In this document: positions 35,480 to 48,101 of the stretch, in pieces
How the letters are laid out: each line of letters opens with the position of its first letter
How positions within the stretch are numbered: position 1 is the stretch's first letter
NCBI GenBank assembly: GCA_944381385.1
Contig: CALWKZ010000117.1
Span: forward strand, 1 to 58,661
Source: an uncultured Anaerotignum sp.
GTDB lineage: Bacteria; Bacillota; Clostridia; Lachnospirales; Anaerotignaceae
Reading direction: 5' to 3'
DNA length: 58,661 nucleotides
The notes under the pieces: generated by a model
What the model saw: only the letters and a program-made list of their open reading frames with translations
Database searches by the model: none
What the model was told of the DNA's origin: nothing
Position numbers and translations under genes: made by a program

Positions 35480-36232
35480 TTATCCTTTCTTTTTGGACTG
35501 GATGGCATAAGTCATCCGCAGCACCAGCTTCTCCGGCAGGAATTTCTGCCCCAGGTAGCCCAGCTTTGTAGACATCCCCGGCAGAACCACAGATTTGTTC
35601 CGGAACATCCCCCGCAGCCCGGCTCTGGCCGCCTTTCTGGCAGAAATACCCTTCATGCCGCCTTGGATGCCCGCCCGCTTCTGAAATCCCGTCTGTACGG
35701 GACCGGGGCAGAGGGCGCAGACTTTGACAGCGCTGCCTTCCTGCCGCAGCTCCTCATGGATGGCTTCCGTCAGCCGCAGCACATAGCTTTTGCCGGCATA
35801 ATAGGCCGCCATACCAGGGCCTGCCAGAAAACCGGCGGAGGAGGCCACATTTAGGAGATACCCCCGATTCCTCCGGCGGAAATCCGCCAGAAACAGCTTC
35901 GTTAAAATATGCACCGCTTCCACATTCAGCGCCAGCATTTCCAGCTCCGTTTCCAGCGCCGTTTCGGAAAAATGGCCCAAAATGCCAAAACCCGCGTTAT
36001 TGATGAGGATATCCACGTTCCGGTCTTTTACCCGCTCATAAAGGGCATAGCAGTCCTCTTTCCGGGTCAGATCCGCCGGAACCACCTCCACGGGCACTGG
36101 CAGACGCCGTTTCATTTTTTCCATCTGTTCCACATTCCGGCTGGCCAGGATCAGGCCAATGCCTCTTTTGGCCAGCTCCTCCGCCAAGGCAGAGCCAATG
36201 CCGCCTGTGGCCCCTGTAATCAACGCTGTCAC
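35480..36232 (-). CDS. SDR-family oxidoreductase
   Basis: ITGATGGIG, INNAGFG, YYAGK; GTG start after GGAGG. Confidence 0.92.
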   Translation of the reverse strand: MTALITGATGGIGSALAEELAKRGIGLILASRNVEQMEKMKRRLPVPVEVVPADLTRKEDCYALYERVKDRNVDILINNAGFGILGHFSETALETELEMLALNVEAVHILTKLFLADFRRRNRGYLLNVASSAGFLAGPGMAAYYAGKSYVLRLTEAIHEELRQEGSAVKVCALCPGPVQTGFQKRAGIQGGMKGISARKAARAGLRGMFRNKSVVLPGMSTKLGYLGQKFLPEKLVLRMTYAIQSKKKG

Positions 36233-36436
36233 GGCGCCGCCTCCTTTTTTCACGAACTTTTTTCTATTATATCTGCCCCGGGGAAAAATTTCAACGAATG
36301 GCAGGAATTCCCGCCGCAAAATGTGACAGCGCCCCCAAAAACACACCGTCCAACGAAATAAGCGGGCACCCTCTGTTCCACGAGGATGCCCGCCTGTTCT
36401 TTCTTTATGAAACCGCGCCAAAAGCGCTCCTTTTCT

Positions 36437-37474
36437 TTACTCCGCCGCTTCTCCGTCCAGCAGATTTACTACCAAACCGCTGACATCTGTCTGCTCCGTC
36501 AGCACGCCTCTTTCATACATCCAATCGGCGTTCTCCTGCCATACGGAAACCTCCTGGTGCAGGAAGGGCGCGTCCGCTGTTTCCATAACAGGCAGCAGCA
36601 TATCCATGCTCTGTTTTTCCACATTTTCCGACAGAGGGAAGTTGGCCTCGTTCTGGTTGTTCAGCAGGATCTGCAAAGAGCCTTCCGGGTCTGCCTGCAT
36701 ATCAGCGAAGCCCTTCTGGCAGGCCCGAAGGAAAGCCTTATATTTTTCCGGATTTTCCGCCACAGCGTCGGCGTTTGCCAAAAATACCAGCTCATACATC
36801 TGCGGTACACCATAATCCGTTACATAGAAATAATTGATGTCAAAGCCGTTTTCCTGCATCTGGGGCACCTCATGGTTGACCATATTGCCGATGGTGGCGT
36901 CTACCTGTCCTGTAGTCAGGGCAGACATCAGCTCAAAGCCCACGTCGATATACTCGCAGGCATCGGCGGACAGGCCCGCGTTCTCCAGCATTGCCCCAAT
37001 GGTAGCCTCATGGAGCACAGAACCGCCGTAGCCGATCTTTTTGCCCTCCAGGTCCTTGGGCTCCGCAATGCCGCTGTCCTTCTGGGCGATCACCACATTC
37101 AGGCCGCTCTGGGTTATGGCGCCGATGGAAACGATAGGCACATTTTCCTCCACAGCGGTCAGGATGGCATCCTGTAAATAATATACGCCTACATCCGCCT
37201 TTCCTGCGGCAGGCAGGGAAATTCCGTCATTGGTATTGGCGGGGAAATTGATGACCAGGTTCAGGCCCTCCTCCGCGAAATATCCCTTTTCCATGGCCGT
37301 ATACAGGAAGGTATGGATGGCGTTGGGGTACCAGTCCAGCACCACCGTAAAGTCCTCCAGCTGGGTGCTTTCCCCTGCGTCAGCCGTTTCCTCTCCTGTG
37401 TCCGTTCCGCCGCAGGCCGCCAGACCCAGTACCATGGCGCCCGCCAGCAGCAGTGCAAGCAGCTTTTTCTTCAT
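36437..37474 (-). CDS. ThiY/NMT1-like ABC substrate-binding lipoprotein
   Basis: LAAC lipobox; LDWYPNAIH; in TPP-riboswitch operon. Confidence 0.88.
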   Translation of the reverse strand: MKKKLLALLLAGAMVLGLAACGGTDTGEETADAGESTQLEDFTVVLDWYPNAIHTFLYTAMEKGYFAEEGLNLVINFPANTNDGISLPAAGKADVGVYYLQDAILTAVEENVPIVSIGAITQSGLNVVIAQKDSGIAEPKDLEGKKIGYGGSVLHEATIGAMLENAGLSADACEYIDVGFELMSALTTGQVDATIGNMVNHEVPQMQENGFDINYFYVTDYGVPQMYELVFLANADAVAENPEKYKAFLRACQKGFADMQADPEGSLQILLNNQNEANFPLSENVEKQSMDMLLPVMETADAPFLHQEVSVWQENADWMYERGVLTEQTDVSGLVVNLLDGEAAE

Positions 37475-37478
37475 AACC

Positions 37479-38222
37479 TTAAATCTCCTTTCTCCAATGG
37501 ATACATTTATACTCCAGGACGGTAACAATCCCCACGGCAATCATAGCCGCGACGGAAAGCAGCACCACAGGCGCGAATACGCCCGCGCCGTCCAGCTGTG
37601 TCATCATTCGTTTGCTGAAATAGCCCAGTCCTTCCTGCGCTCCCAGCCATTCGGCGATGGCCGCCCCGATGACGCTCATGGGGATCGCCATTTTAATGGC
37701 GGAAAAGAAATTGGGCAGAGCCGTGGGCAGCTTCAGCTTGAAAAATACTTCCCTCTTTGACGCGCCATAGGTCAGGAGCAGCTCTTCCATTTCCCGCTTG
37801 GTGGCCTTGAAGCCGTCAAAGACCGTAATGGCAATGGGGAAAAATGTAATCAGTATGGTCACCAGCACCTTGCTCCAGATAGAATAGCCGAACCAGAGGA
37901 TAAACAAGGGCGCGATGGCCGTGGTGGGGATAGTCTGGGAAGCCACGATCACAGGGTATAACGCCCGTTCTATATGCGGGTTCCAATCCATAGCCACCGC
38001 CAGCAGCACCCCCAGCACAATGGAAATCAAAAGGCCCAGCCCCGTTACGCTCATAGTCGCCGGCAGATGCACCAGAAACAGCGGCTCCCGCAGCTCCCAC
38101 AGCCGGACACAGATCTGGGTGGGAGAAGGCAGGATATAGGCCGCGTCAATAATGCCGGCAATGATCTGCCACAAAACCAGCAGCGCCGCCGCCAGAAGCA
38201 GGGCAGGCAAATGCTTTCTCAT
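37479..38222 (-). CDS. ABC permease (ThiX-like)
   Basis: ILPSP, QTIPTTAIAPL, AEWLGA..GLG. Confidence 0.88.
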   Translation of the reverse strand: MRKHLPALLLAAALLVLWQIIAGIIDAAYILPSPTQICVRLWELREPLFLVHLPATMSVTGLGLLISIVLGVLLAVAMDWNPHIERALYPVIVASQTIPTTAIAPLFILWFGYSIWSKVLVTILITFFPIAITVFDGFKATKREMEELLLTYGASKREVFFKLKLPTALPNFFSAIKMAIPMSVIGAAIAEWLGAQEGLGYFSKRMMTQLDGAGVFAPVVLLSVAAMIAVGIVTVLEYKCIHWRKEI

Positions 38223-38971
38223 AAACTCACGCTCCTTCTCAGCTTCTCGATGAGCTGTTCCTTCAGCTCCACGATCTCCGGCCGCTTCAGATCTTCCCGG
38301 TTTCTGGGGTAGGGCAAAGGCACCTCCACCCGCTCCATTTTGGAGAAGGGTCTGTCCTGTATGATAAAAATGGTCTTGGAAAGGAACACAGCCTCTTCTA
38401 CGTCATGGGTGATAAACAGGATGGTCTTATGGTAATGCTCCCACTGGTGCAGGAGCCATTCCTGCATATCCACCCTGGTCAGATAGTCCAAAGCGCTGAA
38501 AGGCTCATCCAGCAGCAGCAGATCTGCCCCGGAAAGAAGGGTGCGGGCAAAGGCCACTCTCTGCTTCATACCACCGGAAAGATCCTTAGGGTACTTTTTG
38601 GCGTAGGCCAACAGCCCCACCTGCTCCAATACTTCCTTACATTTCGCCTCCTGCTCCGCCTTAGGCGTCTTTGCCAGCTCCATGGGCAGACAGATATTTT
38701 TCTCTATGGTCCGCCAGGGGAACAGCAGGTCCTTCTGAGGCATGAAGGCACTGTAATTCTTCAATTCCTGCACCGGCCGCTCATCCACCAGGATACGGCC
38801 CTGCTGTAATTTTTCCAGGCCATTGATGAGGCGGAAAATAGTGCTTTTGCCGCAGCCGCTGGCGCCGATGATGGTGGCGAATTCCCCGTCCTCCACCTGG
38901 AAATTCAGATGCTCCATCATGCTGAAATCGTCCTCGGCGTAGCGAAAGGATACGTTCTCAAATCGCAGCAT
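38219..38971 (-). CDS. ABC ATPase (ThiZ-like)
   Basis: GASGCGKST, LSGGMKQR, LLLDEPF, ITHD. Confidence 0.92.
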   Translation of the reverse strand: MLRFENVSFRYAEDDFSMMEHLNFQVEDGEFATIIGASGCGKSTIFRLINGLEKLQQGRILVDERPVQELKNYSAFMPQKDLLFPWRTIEKNICLPMELAKTPKAEQEAKCKEVLEQVGLLAYAKKYPKDLSGGMKQRVAFARTLLSGADLLLLDEPFSALDYLTRVDMQEWLLHQWEHYHKTILFITHDVEEAVFLSKTIFIIQDRPFSKMERVEVPLPYPRNREDLKRPEIVELKEQLIEKLRRSVSL

Positions 38972-38991
38972 GGCTTCGTCGCTCCCTTCGC

Positions 38992-39651
38992 TTACATTTC
39001 CATGGCATAGGCCATATCCCAGAATATTTTCTCATAACGGCTGCAAATAACAAAAATCTCTGTCAGGGCCGCTTCCCGCTCTGGCGTGATGTCCGCTCCC
39101 AGCTCGTCCACACAGTCCATGATCTCCTGAGTGCTGGCGCGGTATTCCTCGCTGCTGTAGCCCTGCACCCATTCCCCGTAAAGAGGATGCTCCAGAGCGC
39201 CGGGAACTGCCGCGTGGTGCTCCCCGATGACCTGATAGCTCCAGGCACAGGCCAGCACCGTCATCAAAATCTCCAGCGAGCCGCCCTTATTGGCCTCGTC
39301 CAGCATATAGGAGGTATAGGACTGGTTGGCCAGGGCTGTTTTTGTATGGGCCACTTCCTCCTCCGTAATGCCCAGCCGGGCCATGTAGCTTTTATGCACC
39401 TTCATTTCCCCATCCAGCACATCGTGGACCATACAGGCAAAGCGCCGCATCAGATCCTCTTCCCGGGACTTGGCAATGCCCAGAGCGAATACCTTGGCAT
39501 ACTGCAAAAGATAACGATAGTCCTGGATCATATAAAAACGGAATTTTTCCGGGTCCAGGGTACCCTCCGCCAGCTCCTTCACGAAGGGCTGTTCCAGGTA
39601 CCCCGCCCAGATGTCCTTTACGCTTTCATAAAGCCGCTCTGTCAATTTCAT
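38992..39651 (-). CDS. tenA: Thiaminase II / aminopyrimidine aminohydrolase
   Basis: FYMIQDYRYL, ACAWSY, YEKIFWDMAY. Confidence 0.93.
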   Translation of the reverse strand: MKLTERLYESVKDIWAGYLEQPFVKELAEGTLDPEKFRFYMIQDYRYLLQYAKVFALGIAKSREEDLMRRFACMVHDVLDGEMKVHKSYMARLGITEEEVAHTKTALANQSYTSYMLDEANKGGSLEILMTVLACAWSYQVIGEHHAAVPGALEHPLYGEWVQGYSSEEYRASTQEIMDCVDELGADITPEREAALTEIFVICSRYEKIFWDMAYAMEM

Positions 39652-39726
39652 GGCCTCTGCCTCCTTTTTTCCATAAAAAAACCTTTCCCCCGCAGGGAAA
39701 AGGACACTTTTCTTTTCTTTTTTTGA

Positions 39727-39815
39727 CTGCTTCCCTCCGTTGGTGCTAACCACATCAAGTTCAAAGGGTTGGAATGACTTATCCTCTCAGCCGCCCCCTG
39801 GCAGCACCCCCAGCT
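39727..39815 (-). ncRNA. TPP riboswitch
   Basis: GGGGTGC..CTGAGA..ACCCTTTGAACTTGAT..GGTTA..ACCAACGGAGGGA; terminator at about 39675-39703. Confidence 0.9.
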
Positions 39816-40024
39816 TGTCTATTCAGTTTCATTTATTATAGTACAAATCAAAACCAGTGTAAACCATTTTTTTGTATACAAGGGCACTGTTCCCGCTGTT
39901 TCGCACAAAAAGAATACTTCGCAGGCGAAATAATTTTACAGAAAATTGACTTTACATTTTCCAAAAAAAGAATACACTTAGGTATGACAAGAAAGATGAA
40001 ACCAGTTTGCAGGAGGAAAAAACA

Positions 40025-40783
40025 GTGGATTACGATACAGAGTTATTGAATCTGGCTCTGGACGCGGGGGAGGTCATGCTCAAATCCGGCGCCGAGACCC
40101 AGAGAGTGCAGGATACCATGCTGCGTATCCTTTCCGTTACGGGCCGGGAGAAAATAGAGGCCCTGGCCCTGTCCACCATGCTCATCGTCAGCCTGCCCAG
40201 AGAGGTGAAAGGCCCTCTGTCCATGGCCCGAGGCGTACAGGACCGTTCCGTTAATTTTGAAAAGATCTGCGCTGTCAATTCCATGAGCCGCTCCTTTGTG
40301 GCGGGAGAGATCTCCCTGCCCCAGGCCACCCAGCGCATGGCAGAGATACAGTATGCCCCGTCCTTCCCGCCTTTATGGAGGGTCATCGGCTACGGCTTTA
40401 CCTCCGGCGGCTTTACCATGGTCTATCAGGGCACCTTCCTGGACGGCGTTGCCGCTTTTTTCATCGGCATGATTCTGGGGCTTATGGTGCTGTGGAACGG
40501 CAAATGGAAGGCGCCCTATTTCTTCAGCTCCTTTGCCGGCGGCGTACTGACGGGGTTCTTTGCCTGTCTGTTCCATCTGCTGCTGCCCCAGACCCAGATG
40601 GATATGATCATCGTCGGCAGCATCATGCCCCTTCTGCCGGGCATCACCATGACAAAATCCATCCGTGACCTTTTGGAAGGCAATTTCATCAGCGGCAGCT
40701 CCAAGCTCATGGAGGCCCTGCTGGTGGCCTGCGCCATTGCCGGCGGCGTCGCCATGGTGCTGAGTATCTTCCCTAATTACTGA
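40025..40783 (+). CDS. ThrE-family exporter, large subunit
   Basis: SGAETQRVQDT, GSIMPLLPG..SIRDLLEG. Confidence 0.88.
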   Translation: MDYDTELLNLALDAGEVMLKSGAETQRVQDTMLRILSVTGREKIEALALSTMLIVSLPREVKGPLSMARGVQDRSVNFEKICAVNSMSRSFVAGEISLPQATQRMAEIQYAPSFPPLWRVIGYGFTSGGFTMVYQGTFLDGVAAFFIGMILGLMVLWNGKWKAPYFFSSFAGGVLTGFFACLFHLLLPQTQMDMIIVGSIMPLLPGITMTKSIRDLLEGNFISGSSKLMEALLVACAIAGGVAMVLSIFPNY

Positions 40784-40804
40784 ATTTGACAGGAGGCTTT
40801 CTTT

Positions 40805-41281
40805 ATGACTGAAATCACCATGCAGGACATCCTTTTCCAGTCGGCGTTCTCTCTGCTGGCCTGCGGCGGCTATACCGTCGTCTGCAACGCCCCCAGAAAA
40901 GAACTGCTCTATTGCGGCATCAACGGCTTCCTGGGCTGGTTCGTCTATATGCTGGTCTACGTCCGCACCGGCGGCGCCGTATCGGCGACGATGATCTCCG
41001 CCATGGCCGTTACGGCAGTGGCAAGATTCCTCTCCTACCACCGGGAGGCCCCTTCAATCCTGTACCATATCCCCGGGGTTCTGCCTCTGGTGCCAGGGGC
41101 CGCTGTTTATAAAACCATGCAGGCCGCTATCATCGGCAATATCCTTTCCACCTATTCCAACGCCCTGACAGGCTTCAAGCTGGCAGGCGCCATCGGTATC
41201 GGCTCCCTGCTGATTCTGGTACTGCCTTATAAGGCTTTTGAGATTTTTCCCCGCTTCAGAAAGAAAAAGAAAACGGCATAA
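40805..41281 (+). CDS. ThrE-family exporter, small subunit
   Basis: IPGVLPLVPG; hydrophobic; paired with upstream gene. Confidence 0.85.
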   Translation: MTEITMQDILFQSAFSLLACGGYTVVCNAPRKELLYCGINGFLGWFVYMLVYVRTGGAVSATMISAMAVTAVARFLSYHREAPSILYHIPGVLPLVPGAAVYKTMQAAIIGNILSTYSNALTGFKLAGAIGIGSLLILVLPYKAFEIFPRFRKKKKTA

Positions 41282-41331
41282 CATACAAAAAGCTGAGAAA
41301 GAGATTCTTTCTCAGCTTTTTTTCTTTCTTT

Positions 41332-41928
41332 TTACATTTCCCTTCTGCCCTCCAAGGCTCTGGAAAGGGTAATCTCATCCACATATTCCAGATCGCCGCC
41401 TACGGGCACGCCGTTGGCGATACGGGTCACCTTGACGCCCAGGGGCTTCAGCAGACGGCTCAGGTACATGGCCGTGGCTTCCCCCTCCACATTGGGGTTC
41501 GTAGCCAGGATCACCTCATCCACACTGCCGTCGATCCGCCGCAGCAGCTCCGGGATATGGATATCCTGCGGGCCGACGCCGGTCATAGGCGAAATGGCCC
41601 CATGGAGCACATGATAGGTACCGTGGTATTCCTTGGTCCGCTCATAGGCCGCCATGTCTCTGGGGTCCTCCACCACCATGATGGTACGCTGGTCCCGCTT
41701 GGGATTGGCACAGACAGGACAGGGGTCCTCATCCGTCAGATTGCAGCAGACGGAGCAGTAACGGACCTGCTTTTTCGCCGCCAGAATGGCCTCCGCCAGA
41801 GCGTCCACCTTTTCCTCGGGCATATGGATGATATGGAAGGCCAGCCGCTGGGCCGACTTCCCGCCAATGCCCGGCAGAGAAGAAAGCTGCTCAATGAGCC
41901 GGGTAATGGGATTTCCGTAATAATTCAT
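41332..41928 (-). CDS. recR: Recombination mediator RecR
   Basis: [14 protein letters not shown]4 zinc finger, EGEATA Toprim. Confidence 0.97.
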   Translation of the reverse strand: MNYYGNPITRLIEQLSSLPGIGGKSAQRLAFHIIHMPEEKVDALAEAILAAKKQVRYCSVCCNLTDEDPCPVCANPKRDQRTIMVVEDPRDMAAYERTKEYHGTYHVLHGAISPMTGVGPQDIHIPELLRRIDGSVDEVILATNPNVEGEATAMYLSRLLKPLGVKVTRIANGVPVGGDLEYVDEITLSRALEGRREM

Positions 41929-41943
41929 GCTATCCCTCTTTTA

Positions 41944-42279
41944 TCAGAACATACCGCCCATGCCGCCGGTCAGTTTGCCCATAGCGTTGTTGTACATTTC
42001 GTCTGCCTGACGAATGGCCTCGTTGACTGCGGAAAGCACCAGATCCTCCAGCATTTCCACATCATCAGGGTCTACCACATCAGGGTTGATCTTCAGTTCC
42101 TTGATCTCTTTTTTGCCAGAGATCACTACCTTTACGGCGCCGCCGCCGCTGGTCATCTCCAGTGTCTTTTCGTTCAGTTCCTCCTGCAGGGCCGCCATCT
42201 GTTTCTGCATCTTCTGCGCCTGTTTCATCAGGTTGTTCATGTTCATGCCGCCCATGCCGCCAAATCCGCCTTTTGCCAT
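41944..42279 (-). CDS. ybaB: YbaB/EbfC nucleoid-associated protein
   Basis: [25 protein letters not shown]; between dnaX and recR. Confidence 0.95.
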   Translation of the reverse strand: MAKGGFGGMGGMNMNNLMKQAQKMQKQMAALQEELNEKTLEMTSGGGAVKVVISGKKEIKELKINPDVVDPDDVEMLEDLVLSAVNEAIRQADEMYNNAMGKLTGGMGGMF

Positions 42280-42358
42280 ATGCTTATCCTCCTAAAACTG
42301 TGATTTCTATTTCATTCTTTTCTATTTTATATAAACCCCGCCGTTTGCGCAAGGCTTT

Positions 42359-43960
42359 TTACGGTTCCAGATCGGCGTCCTCGAAATAAGTGCCCATCAG
42401 GCTGCCCCAATCGGCGTCCTCCTGTGCCTGGGCCGCGTCCTTAGTCTCGCCATAGGCCGCCTCCCGCCACGCCTCGTAGGATGCCTTGTCTATGGTCCGC
42501 AGCTGGAAGGATTTCCCCAGCGCCTTTTCCAGCCCCTGGCCGATCTCCTCCATGGATTTCTCCGCCATTTCCTCCAGGGCGGGATACCCGCAGACCAGAT
42601 AAACGAAGTCGTCCTCCTTAAAGCCGATCTCCACCTGGGAAAGTACGCCCCGAAGCACCGCGTCCCCGAACTGGGTCCGCAGGGAAGGCCACTGCGCCTG
42701 CAAGGCTTTTTTATCCTCATCCAGCGCCGGGGGCTTCCGTTTGGGCTTCGGCTTTTCCTTCTTCCCGGTTTCCTGTGCCGCAGGCGCCGCCGCCACCGGC
42801 ACGCCCGCTTCTATCTTCCGCTCCAGGGCCGCCATACGGGCCGCCAGCGCCGTCGTATCCTTTTCCGCCCAGTCGGAGCAGAGCCGGAGCAGCTCTACCT
42901 CCAGCAGTATCCGCTCGTTGGAGGCATAGCGCAGATCGCTTTGCAAACCGGAAAACCGTCTGATCCAGAAGGTCAGCTCCTCCGCCGATACCCTGGCCGC
43001 CTGTTCCCGCAGGCGTTCGGCGCTTTCCGCCGACAATTCCAGTATAGCCGCCGGGTCGGGCACCGCCGTTGTCACCAGCAGGTTCCGCAGATGCACCAAA
43101 AGCTCCGTTAAAAACTGGCGGATATCCCGACCGCTCAGAAGCATTTCCTCCACCAGCGTCATGGCCTTGGCGGCATCCTTGACCGCCAGAGCGTCGGTCA
43201 TCTCAAAAAATACAGTCTTGTCTACGGCCCCCACCACATCCTGTACCTTTTCCAGCGTCACTTCCTCGCCGCTGAAAAAAGCCAGACACTGATCCAGGAT
43301 GCTCAAAGAATCCCGGAGGGACCCGTCCGCCAGCTGGGCCACATAGCGTACCGCCTCTTCCGTGGCCTGCTGGCCCTCCTCCGCCAGGTAGCCCAGCAGG
43401 GTATGGGTGATGTCATCGGCGGTAATGCGCCGGAAATCGAAGCGCTGGCACCGGGACAAAATAGTGGCAGGCACCTTCTGGGGGTCCGTGGTAGCCAGAA
43501 TAAAGATCACATGGGCTGGCGGCTCTTCCAGTGTTTTCAGCAATGCGTTAAAGGCGCTGTTGGAAAGCATATGCACCTCGTCGATGATATAGACCTTGTA
43601 AGTGCCTTCCGTAGGGGGATATTTTACTTCCTCCCGGATCTCCCGCACATTTTCCACGCTGTTGTTGGAGGCGGCGTCGATCTCCATGACGTTGACGCTG
43701 CGCCCCGCCAGAATAGCCTGGCAAACGGCGCACTCATTGCAGGGCTCTCCCTCTTCCGTAGGATGCAGGCAGTTGATGGCCCGGGCAAAGATCTTGGCCG
43801 TAGAGGTCTTGCCGGTGCCTCTGGTGCCGCAGAACAGATAGGCATGGGAGATCCGTCCCGTTTTCATCTGATTTTTCAGTGTTTTCACAATATGGTCCTG
43901 CCCCACCACGCCGGCAAAGACGTTGGGCCGGAATTTTCTGTATAAAGCCGTATATGACAC
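42359..43960 (-). CDS. dnaX: DNA polymerase III gamma/tau
   Basis: ALYRKFRP, GTRGTGKT, EIDAASN, IIDEVHML, SRCQRF. Confidence 0.97.
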   Translation of the reverse strand: MSYTALYRKFRPNVFAGVVGQDHIVKTLKNQMKTGRISHAYLFCGTRGTGKTSTAKIFARAINCLHPTEEGEPCNECAVCQAILAGRSVNVMEIDAASNNSVENVREIREEVKYPPTEGTYKVYIIDEVHMLSNSAFNALLKTLEEPPAHVIFILATTDPQKVPATILSRCQRFDFRRITADDITHTLLGYLAEEGQQATEEAVRYVAQLADGSLRDSLSILDQCLAFFSGEEVTLEKVQDVVGAVDKTVFFEMTDALAVKDAAKAMTLVEEMLLSGRDIRQFLTELLVHLRNLLVTTAVPDPAAILELSAESAERLREQAARVSAEELTFWIRRFSGLQSDLRYASNERILLEVELLRLCSDWAEKDTTALAARMAALERKIEAGVPVAAAPAAQETGKKEKPKPKRKPPALDEDKKALQAQWPSLRTQFGDAVLRGVLSQVEIGFKEDDFVYLVCGYPALEEMAEKSMEEIGQGLEKALGKSFQLRTIDKASYEAWREAAYGETKDAAQAQEDADWGSLMGTYFEDADLEP

Positions 43961-44128
43961 GACGATCCCTCCTTGGGCATACCAGAGTGTTTCCTCCGGA
44001 TGTTCCGCCCCTTCCGGGCGGAATCCTAACTTTATTATTATATCACATGGGCATACTTCTTTTCCATCCCAAAACAGAAAAAGGACGGAGCGGGGCCTCC
44101 CGTTCCATCCTTTTATATTTTATAGGAA

Positions 44129-44394
44129 TCCGTGCATTTGCTGTTGTCGCAGTCTCCAACACGTTACCTCCTTCCGGAACTCCATCCAAGCGCCCTTGAC
44201 ACACACAGAAGTAGACTGCTTAGTGCTGCTGCCTTCCGACCCTGACACGGTTCACAGGCTCCTGTTGTGCAAGACTTGAACTTCAACATCCCTTCCAAAG
44301 GGCAGGCTGCCAAATTCTGCGCCGAAAGCAAACGTCACCCCCACTATAGCGGATTGTGGGTACAGGGTACCGCTGCCACCCCGGCTAGCACGGA
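44129..44394 (-). ncRNA. ffs: Large bacterial SRP RNA (scRNA)
   Basis: Complementary ends TCCGTGC/GCACGGA; helix 8 TCAGGGTCGGAAGGCAGCAG; tadA-scr-dnaX synteny; TTGACA-N17-TATACT promoter at 44424-44452. Confidence 0.92.
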
Positions 44395-44473
44395 AATTTG
44401 AAACCAATGTAAAATGCCTTTACAGTATACACGGCGCGGGCCGTTCTGTCAATGGCGGAGGGGAAAATTTCCC

Positions 44474-46326
<1,853 letters not shown>

Positions 46327-46427
46327 ACGAACCCTTCCCTCTTTGCAAAAAGCCGGTTTCTTTCTGCGGGGGCATCCCCCATATCATATTGTATTATTAT
46401 AGCCTACGGCGGCACATTTTTCAAACC

Positions 46428-46961
46428 TCATTTTCCAAAGACCCAGCCCGTGATCGCCAAAGCCGCCCAAACGCCGACAAAATTCGCCGCCAGAGCGCAG
46501 AAAAGGGTACGCCCGGGCTTTGTCACTTTGACAGACATAAAGTACAGGCTCATGGTATAAAATACCGTTTCCGTACAGCACATCATGATAGATGCGGTGC
46601 GTCCCAGAAAAGAATCGGGGCCATAATCGGCAAACAGCTCCGTCAGCAGCCCTACCGCCGCCGAGGAGGACACCAGCCGCACCAGCGTCAGGGGCGCCAA
46701 GGCGGCGGGAAATCCCAGCCATGTTTCCAGAGGCGTCAAAAGGGAGGTCAGAATCTCCAAAAGACCTCCGGCCCGCAGCACCTCCACCGCCACAAAAAGA
46801 CCGATGAGCGTCGGCAGGATATCCACCACCGTCTGGAGGCCCGTCTTTGCCCCCTCCAGGAAGGCTTCGTACAGATTCACCCGTCTGAGGGCCCCAAAGA
46901 CCACGATCACCAGCACCGTTACGGGAATGATGAAATTGGAAAGCACCAAAAGCAGTTTCAC
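46428..46961 (-). CDS. spmB: Spore maturation protein B
   Basis: YEAFLEGAK.G, ILPTLIGL, TETVFYT; follows spmA. Confidence 0.9.
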   Translation of the reverse strand: MKLLLVLSNFIIPVTVLVIVVFGALRRVNLYEAFLEGAKTGLQTVVDILPTLIGLFVAVEVLRAGGLLEILTSLLTPLETWLGFPAALAPLTLVRLVSSSAAVGLLTELFADYGPDSFLGRTASIMMCCTETVFYTMSLYFMSVKVTKPGRTLFCALAANFVGVWAALAITGWVFGK

Positions 46962-47539
46962 GGCTTCTCCCTCCCCTCTAAAATTTTCGCCAGCAGGATG
47001 CCCACTACGGTGGTCAGCAGGGTAGCGGCAATGCCCGGCCCCACGATCTCCGCCGGCGCGGCGGAGCCGTACTCCGCCCGATAGGCGATGATATTCACCG
47101 TCACCAGCTGCAAAGAGGACATATTCACCACCAGGAACATGCACATGGCGTTGCTGGCCCGTTCCCCCTGCCGGTTCAGCTTCGCCAGCTCCTTCATGGC
47201 CAGAAGTCCCGCCGGTGTGGCCGCCCAGCCCAGCCCCAGGAAATTGGCGGCGAAATTGGCGGCGATGTAATTTCTCGCCGGATGGTCCCGCGGCACCTGG
47301 GGAAAGAGGAAATCCAGAAACGGTCCCATCTTCTCTGACAAGAGGTCGATCATCCCCGCCTTTTCGGCGATCCGCAGCACCCCCGCCCAGGCCGCCACTA
47401 CCCCCGCCATGGCAAAAGCCAGCTCCAGAGCGTTCCCGCCCCCGTCAATGACGGCGTTGGTCACCAGATCCATCCGTCCCAAAAAGGCCCCCGTCAGTAT
47501 CCCGCCGATCAAAAAAAATCCCCATATCACATTCAGCAT
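46958..47539 (-). CDS. spmA: Spore maturation protein A
   Basis: ANFLGLGWAATPAGLLAM, FLVVNMSSLQL. Confidence 0.92.
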   Translation of the reverse strand: MLNVIWGFFLIGGILTGAFLGRMDLVTNAVIDGGGNALELAFAMAGVVAAWAGVLRIAEKAGMIDLLSEKMGPFLDFLFPQVPRDHPARNYIAANFAANFLGLGWAATPAGLLAMKELAKLNRQGERASNAMCMFLVVNMSSLQLVTVNIIAYRAEYGSAAPAEIVGPGIAATLLTTVVGILLAKILEGREKP

Positions 47540-47557
47540 ATTCTCCCCCCTCGGGCA

Positions 47558-47586
47558 AGTCTATGCGTGTTGTGAGACAAATATGT
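47558..47586 (-). promoter_or_regulatory. sigmaE-type promoter of spmAB
   Basis: ACATATT-N14-CATAGACT; spmAB is sigmaE-dependent in B. subtilis. Confidence 0.75.
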
Positions 47587-47690
47587 CCGGAAATATACAA
47601 ATTTTTCCAGATTTGTATTGTATTTTCTCTTTTTGTGTGTTAAAATTCTGTTAAGAAAATACAAATGCTGAAAGGCAGGGAGGAAATGAA

Positions 47691-47951
47691 ATGAAATCAA
47701 CTGGAATTGTACGTAAAGTAGACGAACTGGGAAGGGTAGTACTGCCTATTGAACTGCGCCGAAATATGGGGATTGAGATCAAGGACTCCCTGGAGATCTT
47801 CGTAGAGGAAAATACCATTATCCTGAAAAAATACGAACCGGCGGATATTTTCACAGGCAGTATGGACGAGCTCATCGACTACAAGGGGAAAAAAGTATCC
47901 AAGCAGTCTATTCTGGAAATGGCCAGACTGGCGGGCCTGGACGTAAGATAA
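47691..47951 (+). CDS. abrB: AbrB-family transition-state regulator
   Basis: MKSTGIVRKVDELGRVVLPIELRR. Confidence 0.9.
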   Translation: MKSTGIVRKVDELGRVVLPIELRRNMGIEIKDSLEIFVEENTIILKKYEPADIFTGSMDELIDYKGKKVSKQSILEMARLAGLDVR

Positions 47952-48101
47952 CAAAAGGGCGGAGCAGCAGGAAGGGCAAAAATTCCTGCTGTTTTTTTGT
48001 GTTTTGCGCTATTTTCCCGCCTTCCGGCGGTTTTTTTATTGACAAGGGACCACCCCTTCTCTACAATATTAGCCATATAACGAAAAGAAAGGCGGTTTGA
48101 C